A stretch of 64,000 nucleotides of DNA, taken from positions 50,160,001 to 50,224,000 of the forward strand of contig OZ249436.1 in assembly GCA_965235115.1 (NCBI GenBank), written 5' to 3'. The DNA is from Laetmonice hystrix. Its lineage: Eukaryota. Below the pieces are notes generated by a model. It did not search any database and was not told where the DNA came from. It saw nothing but the letters and a program-made list of their open reading frames with translations. Positions 27,300 through 40,600 of the stretch are shown piece by piece. Position numbers and translations under genes: made by a program. Every line of letters starts with the position of its first letter. Within the stretch, counting starts at the first letter, position 1.

Positions 27300-27885
27300 T
27301 TTAGGTCATTTTCAACCAAAAATCAGTGATATCTCGAAAACGGTTAAAGATATCAACGTCTGGTTTTCGCCATTGGGGTTAAGATGGAAAACTTGACCCA
27401 TTTTCCTCAAATTTGAAAAATCCAAAATGGCGGCCAAGTTGACCTAATTTATGATTTTAAGACCATTGGATTGGGTAATGGGTCAGCTGTCTCTGACACC
27501 GAGATGGCTCCCCTGAAGTCAATAGTTTTCATGTTATGGCCCCTCAAAGTTGGCCCTTTTAAGTCATTTTCAACCAAAAATCAGTGATATCTCTAAAACG
27601 GTTAAAGATATCAACGTCTGGTTTTCGCCATTGGGGTTAAGATGGAAAACTTGACCCAGTTTCCTCGAATTTGAAAAATCCAAGATGGCGGCCAAGTTGA
27701 CCCAATTTTCTATTTCAGCACCATTGGATTGGGTAATGGGTCAACTGCCTGTGACACCAAGATGGCTTCCCTAAAATCAAAAGTTTCCATGCTATGGCCC
27801 CTCAAAGTTGGCCATTTTAGGTTATTTTCAACCAAAGATCAATGATATCTCAAAAAAGATATCAATGTGTGGTTTTCACCATTTA
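27300..27885. repeat. ~258-bp unit, two full copies and one partial; diverged inverted copies at ~29190-29620
   Basis: TCATTTTCAACCAAA...GATATCTC recurs at ~27306, ~27564 and ~27823. GGCCAACTTTCAGGACCCATAGCATAGAAA (~29278) is the diverged reverse complement of ~27784-27813. Confidence 0.8.
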
Positions 27886-28289
27886 TATATTGCAGTTACT
27901 ATTGAACATGGATAGGAAGTTAAATACGCTCTTTCTACCTCTCAAATCTGATCATCAGTTGGACTTCTGGCCATTGACCTTCATGGGTCAAAATGTGAAA
28001 AAAATCACTATTCCTCAAGAATTTATTCCTCTCATTTTGTGAATGGGATACCTGTGCCCATGGCACCTTGACCTTTGGCCCATATGAGAACTAGGTCAAA
28101 ATATAGAAATTACTAAAATCTTTTCAACTCCCTCAAATTTAAAAGAAATTCTATGAAACTGAACTCATGCAAGAACATTAGTGGGCTCAGTGCGGGAACG
28201 TGGGGATCTGACCTATATTAAGCGAGTCACGTGACCTCAAATTTGAGAAAAACTCGTCAGAAGTCGGTATGTGGCTATAACTCAAGAAC

Positions 28290-29165
28290 GGTGCAAGATA
28301 GACGCAAAATTACTATAGAACACCTATAGGAAGTCATATATCCTCTTTCATTATGCACCTTTATTTTTCAGGTCACGTGACCTATGACGTCATAAGGAGG
28401 TGACCTATATTTTCCAAGGGCTATAACTAGTAAATGGTTGAAGATAGAGCCGTAGTTACTATTAAACACTAATAGGAAGTCATATATGATCTTTCATTAT
28501 ACAGCTTTATTTTTCAGGTCATGTGACCTAATGACGTCATAAGGAGGTCACCTGTATTTTCCAAGGGCTATAACTAGTAAATGGCTGAAGATAGAGCCAT
28601 AGTTACTATTAAACACTAATAGGAAGTCATATATGATCTTTCATTATGGACCTTTATTTTTCAGGTCACGTGACCTATGACGTCATAATGAGGTCACCTA
28701 GATTTTTCAGGGTTATAACTTGTAAACGGTTGAAGATAGAGCCATAGTTACTATTAAACACGAATAGCAAGTCATGCATGCTCTTTTATTATACACCTTT
28801 ATTTTTCAGGTCACGTGACATATGACTTAATGAGGTCACCTAAATTTTTTCAGGGTTATAACCTGTAAATGGCTAAAGATAGAGACATAGTTACTATTAA
28901 ACAATAGGAAGTCATATATGCTCTTTCATCGTGAACCTTTATTTTTCAGGTCACGTGACCTATGACGTCATAATGAGGGCAACTAGATTTTCTTAGGGTT
29001 ATAACTTGTAAACGGTTGAAAACAGAGCCATAGTTACTAATAAACACGAATAGGAATATTGACTTCTAGTTTTCACCATGGTGTTTCATTATATAACCCT
29101 TTATTTTTCAGGTCACGTGACCTATAAGGTCATAAGTTCACCTATATTTTCCCGGGGCTATAACT
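28290..29165. repeat. ~146-bp tandem array 2 (diverged subtype, 5-6 copies)
   Basis: GGAAGTCAT-like anchors at 28329, 28475, 28622, 28767, 28907 and 29053. Confidence 0.9.
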
Positions 29166-29620
29166 TACCTCATTTTTCATGTCATTTTACCTGCTGAATC
29201 CAATGGTGAAAACCGATCTTGATATCTTTATCCATATTCGAGATTTTGGGGATTTTCATTCAAAATGGTTGGAAAAAGGCCAACTTTCAGGACCCATAGC
29301 ATAGAAAGTATTAGGGATAGGCAAGCCATTTTGGCGTCAGAGACAGTATAGGAGATAAGGTGTCAAATGCTGGTGAAATTAGAAATTTCCAAATTTTGGC
29401 GGCCAGCTTGAATTTTCAGAATCGACGAAAAGCGGGCATGCGATACCTCACTTCCATGAAATTTTTCCTGTTGATTCCAATGGTGAAAACTAGAAGTCAA
29501 TATCTCTATCCATATTCAAGATTTTGAGGATTTTGTGGTCAAAATGGCTGAAAAAAATAACTTTCATGAGCTATAGCACAAGAACTATGAAGGCAAGGCA
29601 AGCCATCCTGGCAACGGAGC

Positions 29621-31710
29621 TAATGACATTGACAATGACAATAAGTTGACAATGAGTTTATTCTCTGTGATCTCTTACAGAGTATGAGAGTACTACAAAG
29701 TTAGGTCTACATGAATGTACAAAACACTAGATGGCAGCAGTGGGTTGGACAGTTCCCATGGCACTGGTGTAATACAGACTACAGACCAGAAAGGAAGTAG
29801 GCAAAGCTCAGATAAACCTACACATGATAATAAGCTATAATAACTGAAACCGAGGTCAGGTTTGACTTTGAGTGCAATAACACGAGATCACCTGGGAAAA
29901 GCTGTGACATTTTTAAAGTGATTGGTCTCCGAGGGTAGTAAGGTTTGATATATTTTGTTCTATCAGTGTTTAGAGCTGGACATAAAAAACATAATGGTAC
30001 TCATCCCCTGGCTCACCCATACCACACAAAGAACAGTTACTAATGCAATTTCCATCTTCGGAGAATCGTCCATCCTTTATAGACGACTTGTGGTTTTCAC
30101 ACCTAATTGTTCTTTAATCTTCGTACACTCTGAAGACCCTCTCTCTGAGTTATTGTATGATTGATAAATTCGTTTACTGAGTTGTCCGGGATTCCCCGGT
30201 CACCTATTTCATCCGGAGGTACGCTCTCATAATCATTAATGGGGTTTTTGGCTTAACTTTCTAAAGTGCTCAAGAAAGCTCTCAAGAGCTATCTTGGCCA
30301 ACTTCTCGTTCCTTTGAGTACCTTTGTTCAACAGTTCCCAAGAGTCCTTAGGTTTACGGCTGCTCAGGTTTCTCAACTGTTTACTAAACTCTTTGTGATA
30401 ACATGAGGACACTTTCTTTAGGCGAGTTTTATAAATTCTAGCTTTACACTTCAGCTCTTCCTTTGCCTCCCTAGTTTTAACTCACCTCGGACTGTTTTAA
30501 CACTGTTGTAGTCCTTGTTAACTTTTTGACAATTGCTGTGAAACCATGGTTTATTCAGAAACGTTTGGTAGGTTACGTTTCTTGCGGGTTGGTCGACGAC
30601 TGGTTGAACTACTGCAGACCCCAAGAGCACTCGCTGGCTTTAGATAGATGCTACCGAGTTCTTCTATGAGCCCATTTATTTCAGTTTGATCGTCCAGGGT
30701 CACAAGTTCAATTCTGTTGAAAACCTCACGATACTGTATAGCTAATTCTGACACCCAACGGGTTCTAACCAATTCATATCTTGCAAGCTCGCTGGTTGAT
30801 TCACCGTCATTATGATCAACTAGGTCATAGTGGGACATCTGCTTGCTAACACTGATTCTGAAATCTATAGGACAATGAATGTCTGACATCCATTTGTCAA
30901 GGGGGATCAACACATAAATCCTCGATTCTGGCGAAGATTTCAGGGGATGCGATAATGTAATCAACCACACTATTACCATTTGCGTTATAGCAGGTAATTC
31001 CCAATAGTAGTGTTGACCAAACCTTCCATTCAAGATTTTTAGATCCAACCCCTAGAGGCAGGCGTTGATCAGTTTGAAGCCGTTGTTACTTCACTTTGTC
31101 TAGGTTATACCTCAGTGTTGGAATCCCTAAAAGCTCTAGGTTTGTTTTGGTGTCGAAAAGATCACTCTTCACATCACCCAGAGTTGAAATCACCTACCAA
31201 TATCAGGGGTACGTTATACATACTCTTGAGTAACATGACATCATCAGTTAAACTATTAAAAATACCCTCGTGGGGTAGGTAAACAACACTAAGGATAAAA
31301 GGTAGGCCACAAGCCTCCTTTTCTACTATCTATAAAATGCACTCAGAACCTGTGTCTTTGACAACGTGTGTGTAGGCATAATATGACTTCTTAACAAGGA
31401 TGCACAAACCATGACTAAGCACAATACTTGTGATTCTTGTTTTTCTTGTTTTTGCGTTTTTCTTCATGACAATTGCGCCAAAATCCGGAAACCAGTTGGT
31501 GTCAAAACTGTTAGTTTTGGTTTTAAACAAACACTTCAAACTTTATTAGCTAACTTCAGCTCAGCCATGAGCTCCTTGGTAGAAGTTGTTATTGCCACTT
31601 TTACCACTGTGATGAGTAGGGGTTGAATCGCCTGGACTACTTCATTGACAATTTCTACTATTTTCGGCCCATCTATCTTCAGTGCTGCAAAACCACCTCT
31701 TGTCTTGACC
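29621..31710 (-). pseudogene. Internally deleted, decayed LINE (AP-endonuclease and linker remnants, 3' end and tail) carried inside the Helentron
   Basis: Minus strand: LKILNGR...SDIHCPI (endonuclease C-terminus), KPWF, RKPKDSWELLNKG...FLEHFRKL (linker), RTKYIKPYYPRRP (resembles ORF2 C-terminus). Then AATAAA and an (ATTGTC)-like tail at ~29625-29662. Frameshifts present; no RT core seen. Confidence 0.65.
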
Positions 31711-33535
31711 TTAGGAAATATTAATGTCTGGTTTTAAATATGTGGTTCAGGAAATCCAAAATGACGGACAAGCTGACCTAATAAATAATAGTGTTGACCA
31801 AATAGTAACGTCTATGACAAGGTCAGCTCTTTTGTGACAGGGTTATATGCGAGTATCTCATCACAAACAGGGTTTCCCAACGTATACAAAAACGATAGAT
31901 TAATACATTCTGCCTGACCAGTTACTGACTTCAACAAGCTTCGTTTAAAATACTATGGCTTAATATATAAACCCCTCAAAAGAAGATTGCAAACTCAAGT
32001 ATATCTGAATTATTTTACAAATGTACCAAATTTGCTGTTATCTGTGCTCACCAGAACAACCAGATCAAAATCAGTGACAAGGAATAAACAAGGCACGTTG
32101 ACAATTTCTTGAAGAATAAGCATCTATGGCCACCTGCAGCCGACAGCCTGGCTGGTACCTTCTCTTCTACATCTTATGTTGGACATCAACCTTGTGACCG
32201 TTGCTGTGGGATTGTATTACACGGCTCAACGAAGAATTATTGATCAATTTAATATTGAATTCAGTGGAAAAAGACATCTTGTGAGAAGATCTCACTTCTA
32301 TAAAAGTATTTGCTACAGTAACATTCTTCCAAATTTTACTAATCTTTTTTCACCCTTTTTACATCACAGTAACTCTGTGTGCCTTTACAGTTGAATATAG
32401 CAGGAAAAACATGTATTTCATAAAACAACTGCAAGTTATGACATGTTGCTTATATAATATTAAAAATTTAAGCACTGTCGCATTACAGCTGTGCTTATAT
32501 TTATTTCACACAAACCATCACCTGTTTGTGAATAGCAATAAACCAAAATCTCTGTTAAGTTACATTACATTCCCATAAAATATATCCACCCCCTTAATTC
32601 CTTTATACAAATTGCCATTCTCTCAGCAAAATGCATTGTACCATGCCTACCCTTTTCATATTGAATTTGATTTCAGCCAATAGAAGGCAATGTTAAGAAA
32701 AATCCAATTGTTTCAGTTTAAGAATATGGATATAAATCATACTAACGAGCATTCACCAGTGTATGGCATACCACTCAGTAGTATTGTTCAGGACGGTTTT
32801 AACCAGTTTAAACCATCGGTTAAAACAAGGGCCCAGTTTTTTTATTGAGTCAAGTTTGAGACTTTTTGGAAAGTCATTTTGATTGCACAGTTCTAGTGCC
32901 GCTTACAGTATAGCTCAAAGCTTCTAGCGTGGCCTCAGCCTTAGTCACCTTTCCGATATAAACCTCACCTCAAGCTTACTGCGTTCAGACTGAGATCAGC
33001 TCAGTCTCAAAGTTGAGATTTTTTAGTCGTGTCTCATCTCAGAGTCTTGGCTCACATTTCATCTTGATGGTGAGACAACATCAATCCAGTCTCTTTCACT
33101 GTCTCATCTCATCTTTATTCTTACTGAGAAATCATTCCCTGTTCATACTTGCACACTAACCTATTCTGTTGCTTGCTTCATTTAAGGCCTATTTAAAGGA
33201 GAGTCAGTTGGGTCATGGCTACACACAGTACGATATCGTCGGTCAGTGTGCGAGTTGCACTCGCTTAAACTTGTACTATTCCTGTGTTAATTTAAAAAAG
33301 GAATAGCAATTGTTTCACCTTTTACCTTGATTGTTCTATTGTTCTGTGAGACGAGTGCAACAGGCTGAGATCATGACTCAACCGAGTCACAGTTCAAGTA
33401 AACTTCCCAACTTGAGCTTCGTCTCCACTGAGATCATCTCAGGCTCACCATAAGCTTGAGGCTGAGACAAGCACTACAATAACCAGGCCCAGAGATGCTT
33501 TTAACTGGCCAACCCTGCGTTTTGCTCACCTGTAG

Positions 33536-34335
33536 CAGGCCCATAGCCAGGAGGGTGCGCCCCCCCAGCTCCCAAGCTCCCCCTAACTTGCCACCCTAAT
33601 GCTGGGTTGCCAACATTGAATCACGAAAAAACCTAAGATCTCAGATGAAAAACCGGAAGGTTTGGGAATTTCCCAGACAATCTTTCTTTTTTTGAAGAAA
33701 ACCATTAAAATTACTCACAAAATGGTTTTTTTTTTGCTCATGTTCCCAAAATGCAACTGAAATAGTTCAAATTATACTCACTGGAGCTAGATTCCTGTCA
33801 TCCCTGCTCCCCCCCGTCTTAGCACCTTATATAGCGGTCATTTACGACCACAATTTCGCCTATCCAATAGACATTTATCGCAAATAAGATCACCACTTAT
33901 TTTCGGATTTTCCAGAAGATTTTGTTATCGGCTGGAAAACCGTAGACCACTATCTGAAACCGTACAGTTTCCGGGCAAACCGGACATGTTGGCAACCCTG
34001 CTAATGTTGGATTTCCACCGGACGCGAGTGAGTGATTTGTTTTGGTGCGCGCTCCCTAACTTCAGCTGGGTAGGAACATCCTTATGGCAGATATTTAAAT
34101 GCCCCACTGAATGCTCCCTTCCTTGGTGACATTGCCATTGGTAAGCACGGCCAATTTTTCCATGCTGCGCAAATTATTGGTCACCTAATTATAGAGATGA
34201 CAGTATTACGTGACAACATCAATGTGATTTTGGCTAGGGGCCTTTGCCAGTTGTTAACCCCGTCTCCAGAATATGAAATCCCCCGCTCCCCCCCCCCCCC
34301 GAAAAAAAAACAACAAAATCCTGGCTACGGGCCTG
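33536..34335. mobile_element. CAGG-terminated MITE containing a nested element
   Basis: CAGGCCCATAGCCAGGA / TCCTGGCTACGGGCCTG (16/17). No clear TSD. Confidence 0.65.
33602..34000. mobile_element. TIR element with 6-bp TSD
   Basis: C(T/A)GGGTTGCCAACAT / ATGTTGGCAACCCTG. CTAATG on both flanks. Confidence 0.75.
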
Positions 34336-34650
34336 TTACCCCTCCACCCCCCCATAGAACATGAAACTTGAAATTGAAGTAATTACAGTGTTGTCTATAA
34401 GTTATATGGTTATATGGTAGACTATTCCGATACTTTTGAACGATAAAATATGAGAAATAAATATGAGATATAAATATGGGATATAAATGAGATACTGAAT
34501 GATTATTTATAGATTTAAACTATTGTTTTCACCTCATTTTTTCTTCATTTTTTAAACTTTGACCTGCAGTTCAGCAGTCATCATACAGACTGTCAGTATG
34601 TATGTGTTCAAGATAGTAGTTCTTTGTGGTTGACATATTTGTCATTAATA

Positions 34651-37600
34651 TTATACTTGGACATAGACAGGGTCGTGGTAACTATAGTGAGTTTGTAATA
34701 CACCAGATGATTTTACAATGACATTTTTCACATAAACAGCATCCAAAAGTGTGTTTCCGAGAGTTGTTCCCTGGGTAATCATCTGTTTGTAGCCGTTGAA
34801 GGTCATCAAGTTTAAAACACCGTTCAGTCCCTTTACTATATCTTCATTGAAATCACCCATAACAATGAATCCGGCGTCAGGTAGCTGATTTTCCATTTTT
34901 ACAATCAGGTCTTGGACGGCTGGGCAGAACAAACCTATGGGATATCTCGAAGGTCTATAAATGACACAAACTACTAATGGTCGCTGTGTACGTCGAGTGT
35001 GAATTACAACAGAAATGAATTCTAAATTTTGTACTGGAACATCAAGAAACCCATGTAAAACATTTTTTCTGATATACACTCCTACTCCTCCTTTGCTTAG
35101 CGATGCCATTGACTCAATATCATAACTTTCTCTTCTGGTTTTGGACATTAGGTAAAAGTCTTCGTGTTCAAAATTTGTCAAGTCTTCTTGGTCTCTAAGC
35201 CATGTTTCTGTCATTAAGAGAATGTCTGAAGAGAACATTTGGAAATGATTTTTTTGGCTTTCAAAATTTTGTGACAACCCTTCAACATTATGGTGAACGA
35301 CAGTAAACATTTCATTTGAACATTCAAGACTTTCGACACTGAGAGGAATCATAAGATCTAAGCCTGTAGCTACACCTTCGTTTCTGTATATCTTTTTTTC
35401 ATCATAATCAAGTAGGTAAAGCCCTTGTATATTTGTCACTCTGGAAAATGCAACATACGCATGACCAGATTCAAACATTGACTTCATAGAAATCACTATT
35501 TTTTCGACTGTCAGACCTTGAACCTTATGGATAGTACATGCCCAGGCGAGCCTCATAGGGAATTGCTTTCTTTTTCCACCCTTTCTTTCCTGTTCTACAA
35601 GTTCTAATCCTTCTTCATGTGGGGCTATTTTAACTGAACCTTGTGGAATTGTTTTGTTTGGATTCTGTTGCCTTAAACCACGCCCAACTTTATCATTATC
35701 AAATGTTATACAAACTCCTTCTGGTAAAGATTTGCCATCTTGTGTAGGAAGTATTGCAGTTACTGTTCCCATTGCACCATTAGTGATCCCATGTTCAGTG
35801 TCAATGTTTTTTGTTATCATTACTCTTGCACCTACTGCTATTCTTAACAGACCAGGTAGACCATCACTTTTATTACTTGATTTAGGTGCTGACTTTTCCT
35901 CCAACCTGCCTGTTCTTTTGTTCCGTACAACATCAACAGCAACAATTTCAGAAATATCTGTGCATTTACTTTGCAACATTTGTTCATTGTGTTCGTCCAC
36001 CTCTTTGTTCTTTGCGTAAATAAACAGTGCTTCTTGTGGACAATCTTCTGGCTTAATAAGTCTCTTTTGTAATGTCTCGCTATCAACTTTGCTTAGGGGT
36101 TCACTCTTACTTTTGATTCGCAGTCGATTAAGCAATGCAGCAAACTCAGCATCATCTTTTTGTCTCATTATTTCTGTAAGTTCAATATACTTGAAATTGT
36201 CCATCCATAAGTCAGATGTATTTGGAACACAAATAGGGAATCCTGCTTTTACAGGTGGGAGCTGGTAGAAATCACCAACAGCTAAAATTGAAATTCCACC
36301 AAACAGATCTTTGTTGTGCTTCACCTGTCCAAGTCTTTTGTGAACGTATTCTAGAACCTGACTTCCCATCATTGAAACTTCATCAATCACTAGAATTTTC
36401 ATTTCCTGTAAAGTGGCATACATTGTGTTCAGAACATTTTCAGTCAGTGGTTGATACGGTCCTTTCCGTGGTTTAATGATTTTTAACAGTGAGTGAACTG
36501 TACACCCATCAACATTAAATGCTGCTAAACCTGTAGTTGCTGACAGAAACACTGGTGGCAAGTTTTGATTACTTTGGTGCTGGAGAAATATCTTGGTACA
36601 TTCATAGTAAATGCATTTTATCAACAGTGATTTACCAACACCTGCTGGACCGCTCAGGAATATTCTAAAAGGCTCAGGCTTTAAACCATTCACTTTGTCA
36701 AGGCACCACTTTCGAACAGTGTAAAATATCTTCTGCTGCATTACATTCATATTCTTCAACAGTGGCTTTACAGCTCTGGTTACACAACCATCGTCACTAT
36801 GATCAACAGCAAATGTCCCAGGGATACCTGTACTGTCTCCATGGTCGTCATTCAAGTAATTATGATCATCAGTCAGAGGTTCATCACTGTTTTGATCAAA
36901 AGGTATTCTCTCTTCCTCAGCTTCTAGTCTACTCATTTCTGCCTGATTTGCGACATTAGCCCAAGCATCTTCCAAATTCTCTCCCAAATTCTCACACTCC
37001 TGTAGTGTTTCGAATGCATGCTGGAGGACCTTTGCATCTTTTTCATATCTCAATTTGTTTTCCATGACAATGTCTTTAACAGATTTTATTTCCTCTCCTT
37101 CAGACAACCTTACTGCCCCATTTTGATGAAAGTCCTCATATGTAGCATACTCAAGAGGTTTTAACTGATGCTTATGTCTCCAGGGTAAATAAACTTTCAT
37201 CTGACCATGGTAATACTCTTCAGGCTTTGTGGTTTCGGAATGTCTCGGATAACGAATGACTGCAAAGTTTTCAGGCTTTCTTTTCTGTATGGTGCCACAG
37301 TCATCTTTCAATTGTACTGTACTTTTCACATTTGCTTGTCCATATATTACCCTGTACATTGATGCAAAATCGGCCAAACATGTGAGGTCCCAATCTTTGC
37401 CATCTGGTCTAGCTTGGTATTTATCTACGATGTTTTTGAACCAAATGTCATCATCATTTCCATCTGATTTTGCTTTTGCCTCAAGTTGTGCCAATGGAAG
37501 ACTAATTCTTGTAGCATTTATACCAACTGGTAAGAAAACACATGCTCGGGAACATTCTTTCAGGTGAAGATTACACATGCGATGGGCTGCTTCTTGGCAA

Positions 37601-40600
37601 CTGACCTCTCGGTAATCAAGGTAAACATTACCCAGTTTCTTCATTTCAGATTTCAAATCGTGGTTGCCTTGTCTCATCTCTCGCTGTGCATTTCGAAGTA
37701 CATCAGAAAGTTCATGCTCTGCTTTACTTATGTAAGAAAGAATGTACATAACACAGCTGTATGCATCAGTGATGAATTGGATGTCCATGTTTGCATTCCA
37801 GATGTCCAGTAGTGCAGCATTATAATTGTTAGTCCAACAGTCTTTGACATCTCGCTTCATTACCACTGCCACTTTTTTTGTTGCAATGTCAAACAGTTCC
37901 TTATAAGTTCGCCATGTCAGTCCTGCCTCTTCAAGAATTTCATTTGTACTCATAGTTTCATCTTCGTTTCCCTTCAATATATCCCAAACTACTGACAGTT
38001 TCTTTTGTGCAGCTTTAACTTCTGCGGCAGTTGGTACCAGCCCAATCGGTTCTGTTACTGGTCGTGATACAAACGTTCTTTTTGAAACTGGACGAGGATA
38101 ATTAAATCGACATTCACGGTTCCCTTTTTTACAAGAGCGTGTGTGATTCCTACTATGTGTCTGGAAGCGAGCAACTTTTTGATGCAAATCATCATTTTGA
38201 TCTGGAATCTGGCAGGAAATGTACCGATCAATAAAGTCACATACTGCTACATCATTGTCTGTGCCGATGATTGGAGCATCTTTCACCCAAAACAAACAGT
38301 GTATGTGAGGACTTCCTCTTGCCTGCCATTCAACACGATAGAACCAATCAATGACTTCTCCTATTGGTTGTGCTGGGGACCTGATCACTGTGTTTAAGAA
38401 AAGTTTCACTCTGTGATCAAACATACGAGCACAAGTGACTGGATTAGAAGCTAGAATGTTGCACTTCTCTTCCCATGTCAGTTTATCAACATCGACAGTT
38501 TCTCCTAGCTGTGCTTTGATAGCTGTCACAATTTCAGGCCAGTCATTATTGCAACTGAATGAACAGAAGAATGTTGGTAAGCCAACCTGACGCAAAACAG
38601 CAAATAGGTCATGCAAGGTTTGCTTCCAGTATTCTGGGGACCCTTTGGGTGTAGGAAAATGCCTAAATCCTGTATCTTCTCCTGTGACATGATCTACTCC
38701 TTGTCTCTCAGACAGTGTTTTTGCCGTTATCTTTTTCCCATCTTTAGTTTTCTTTTTACCTTTCCTTAGTGCTATGGAAATATTGCTTGAAATAAAATTC
38801 AATTCTGTAATGTAAAGTGAAAAGAAAATGTATTGTGGGTCACTGGCGAATCGTGTGTCAACATTCATAAGTCTTGCTTGGAAATATTTAGATGGGGACA
38901 GCTTCAGATGCCTTTCTTCAGTAATTGTATTTCGAGCATCTGGAAAATGATTTGGAAATGCAAGTGCTTCACAAGATTGTTCACGGAATAAATTTGTTGG
39001 TTTATTTCCTTCACATGGGGCAATTGAAAGGATACTGTCTGGGCAAAGTGGTAAGGCCTCCTGAACCATATCGACTGGCATAAGAAATGTATCAAGCACT
39101 GGACCTCTCCTATTACCATTATCTTCACAATCCTCGCCTTCACCATTATCTTTTTCACCATCATCCACATTATCCTCATGGTTCTCTGTCTGTTGGCTAT
39201 CAGAGCCGTCAAAACACTGTACAATTTGATTGGAATCATCAATATTTTCTAGGTTAGATTCAGTTGTATCTACATTTTGCGCATCACGGCTCGTAAGAAG
39301 ATCCTTGTCTATGTTATTGCTGTCATCAATCTGAATGTCTGCATAGTGCTTATTACCAACTTTATATTTTAGATATCTAAGAGCGTCATGAATTTTATTC
39401 ACATTGACCTGCTGGTACTCATAATAGCCTTTATATGAGAGTTTCCGTTTCATTTTAAGTTTAATAATATCTCTACTGTCATTGTTAGACCGTGGTAGAA
39501 TTTCTAACGTTTGATGCAAATTTGATGGAACCAACACACAAGGACCCTTTAACTTCTTCTGTCCGCCCTTTGGTAATGTAATAAGCCTCATGAAAGGTAC
39601 AATTCGTGATATCAGATGCTTCTCTAGAATATTCAATGTCTGAAGTTCCCGGGGTACTGATTGCAGGCCCAATTTATTTGCACGAGCCTCATGTGGCATC
39701 TTCCCGGAAGTTATATATCTGTCACATGTATGGCATATGTACAAATTTCTAGAAGATTTTCTGTGCAGAGAACAACTAGATGGACAGGTTTCACTGCAGT
39801 ACTGTTGTAGATCTTTATCGATGCATTTTTCTGCAAGACGTTTCTTACTAGACGATGTATTGTACTTTGTTTGGATACATTTCACAACCTGTTTTTTAAA
39901 CAAAAGACGGTGACAAACTGAACACACATACTCAGGGTAATCTTGAACTTCAGTCTGAAACTTTATCTTTACATGTTCAATACGTTTACACCGTTGCTTC
40001 ATCTCATTTTTTCTCTGCCTCGCTTTAATCCTCAGTGACCTTATGTTTCTCAAGTACTGCTGATTCTTCCTTGTCTGAAATTGTTTGTGAAGTAGTGGAT
40101 TTGCAGATATCTTTGAATACTGTAACCTGGCTTGACGTTTCTTGTGTTCACAGTACACAGCATTATATTTGTATTTGACTTTTTGTGCCTGAATAAGTGA
40201 CGTTTTAAAATATGGATTTTCTTTATATTTTCTACAATTATACAGATTCACCTTCCTTTGGAAGTCTGGATTTTGGTGATATTTTGAACGACTGTAATTT
40301 TTTATCTTATTTCTGAACTTTTCACAACTTGCATACTTCTCAATGCTTTGTTTCTTTTTCTGATCACGGATTGAAGAATTATTCTTATATTTCTCTACAC
40401 TAGCTTTTCTTTCATTTTTCTGAAAATCTGCATCAATTCTTTTTTTTTTAATGTATTCTTTTTCAATTTCTTTAATATTTGGGTCACTGTGTCGCTTCCT
40501 AAAGTATGTTTTTTCGCTTTCTTTAATGTTTGGGTCAGTGCGTCGCTTCCTAATGTATGCTTTTTCGCTTTCTTTAATGTTCGGGTCAGTGCGTCGCTTC

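Larger units (their letters stand above)
25441..28070. mobile_element. HINE/DINE-1-like non-autonomous Helentron unit forming the left end of the large element
   Basis: Left subTIR hairpin, microsatellite, tandem array, then an internal right-end motif GTGAATGGGATACCTGTGCCCATGGCAC (28039-28066) identical to 54282-54309. Confidence 0.75.
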
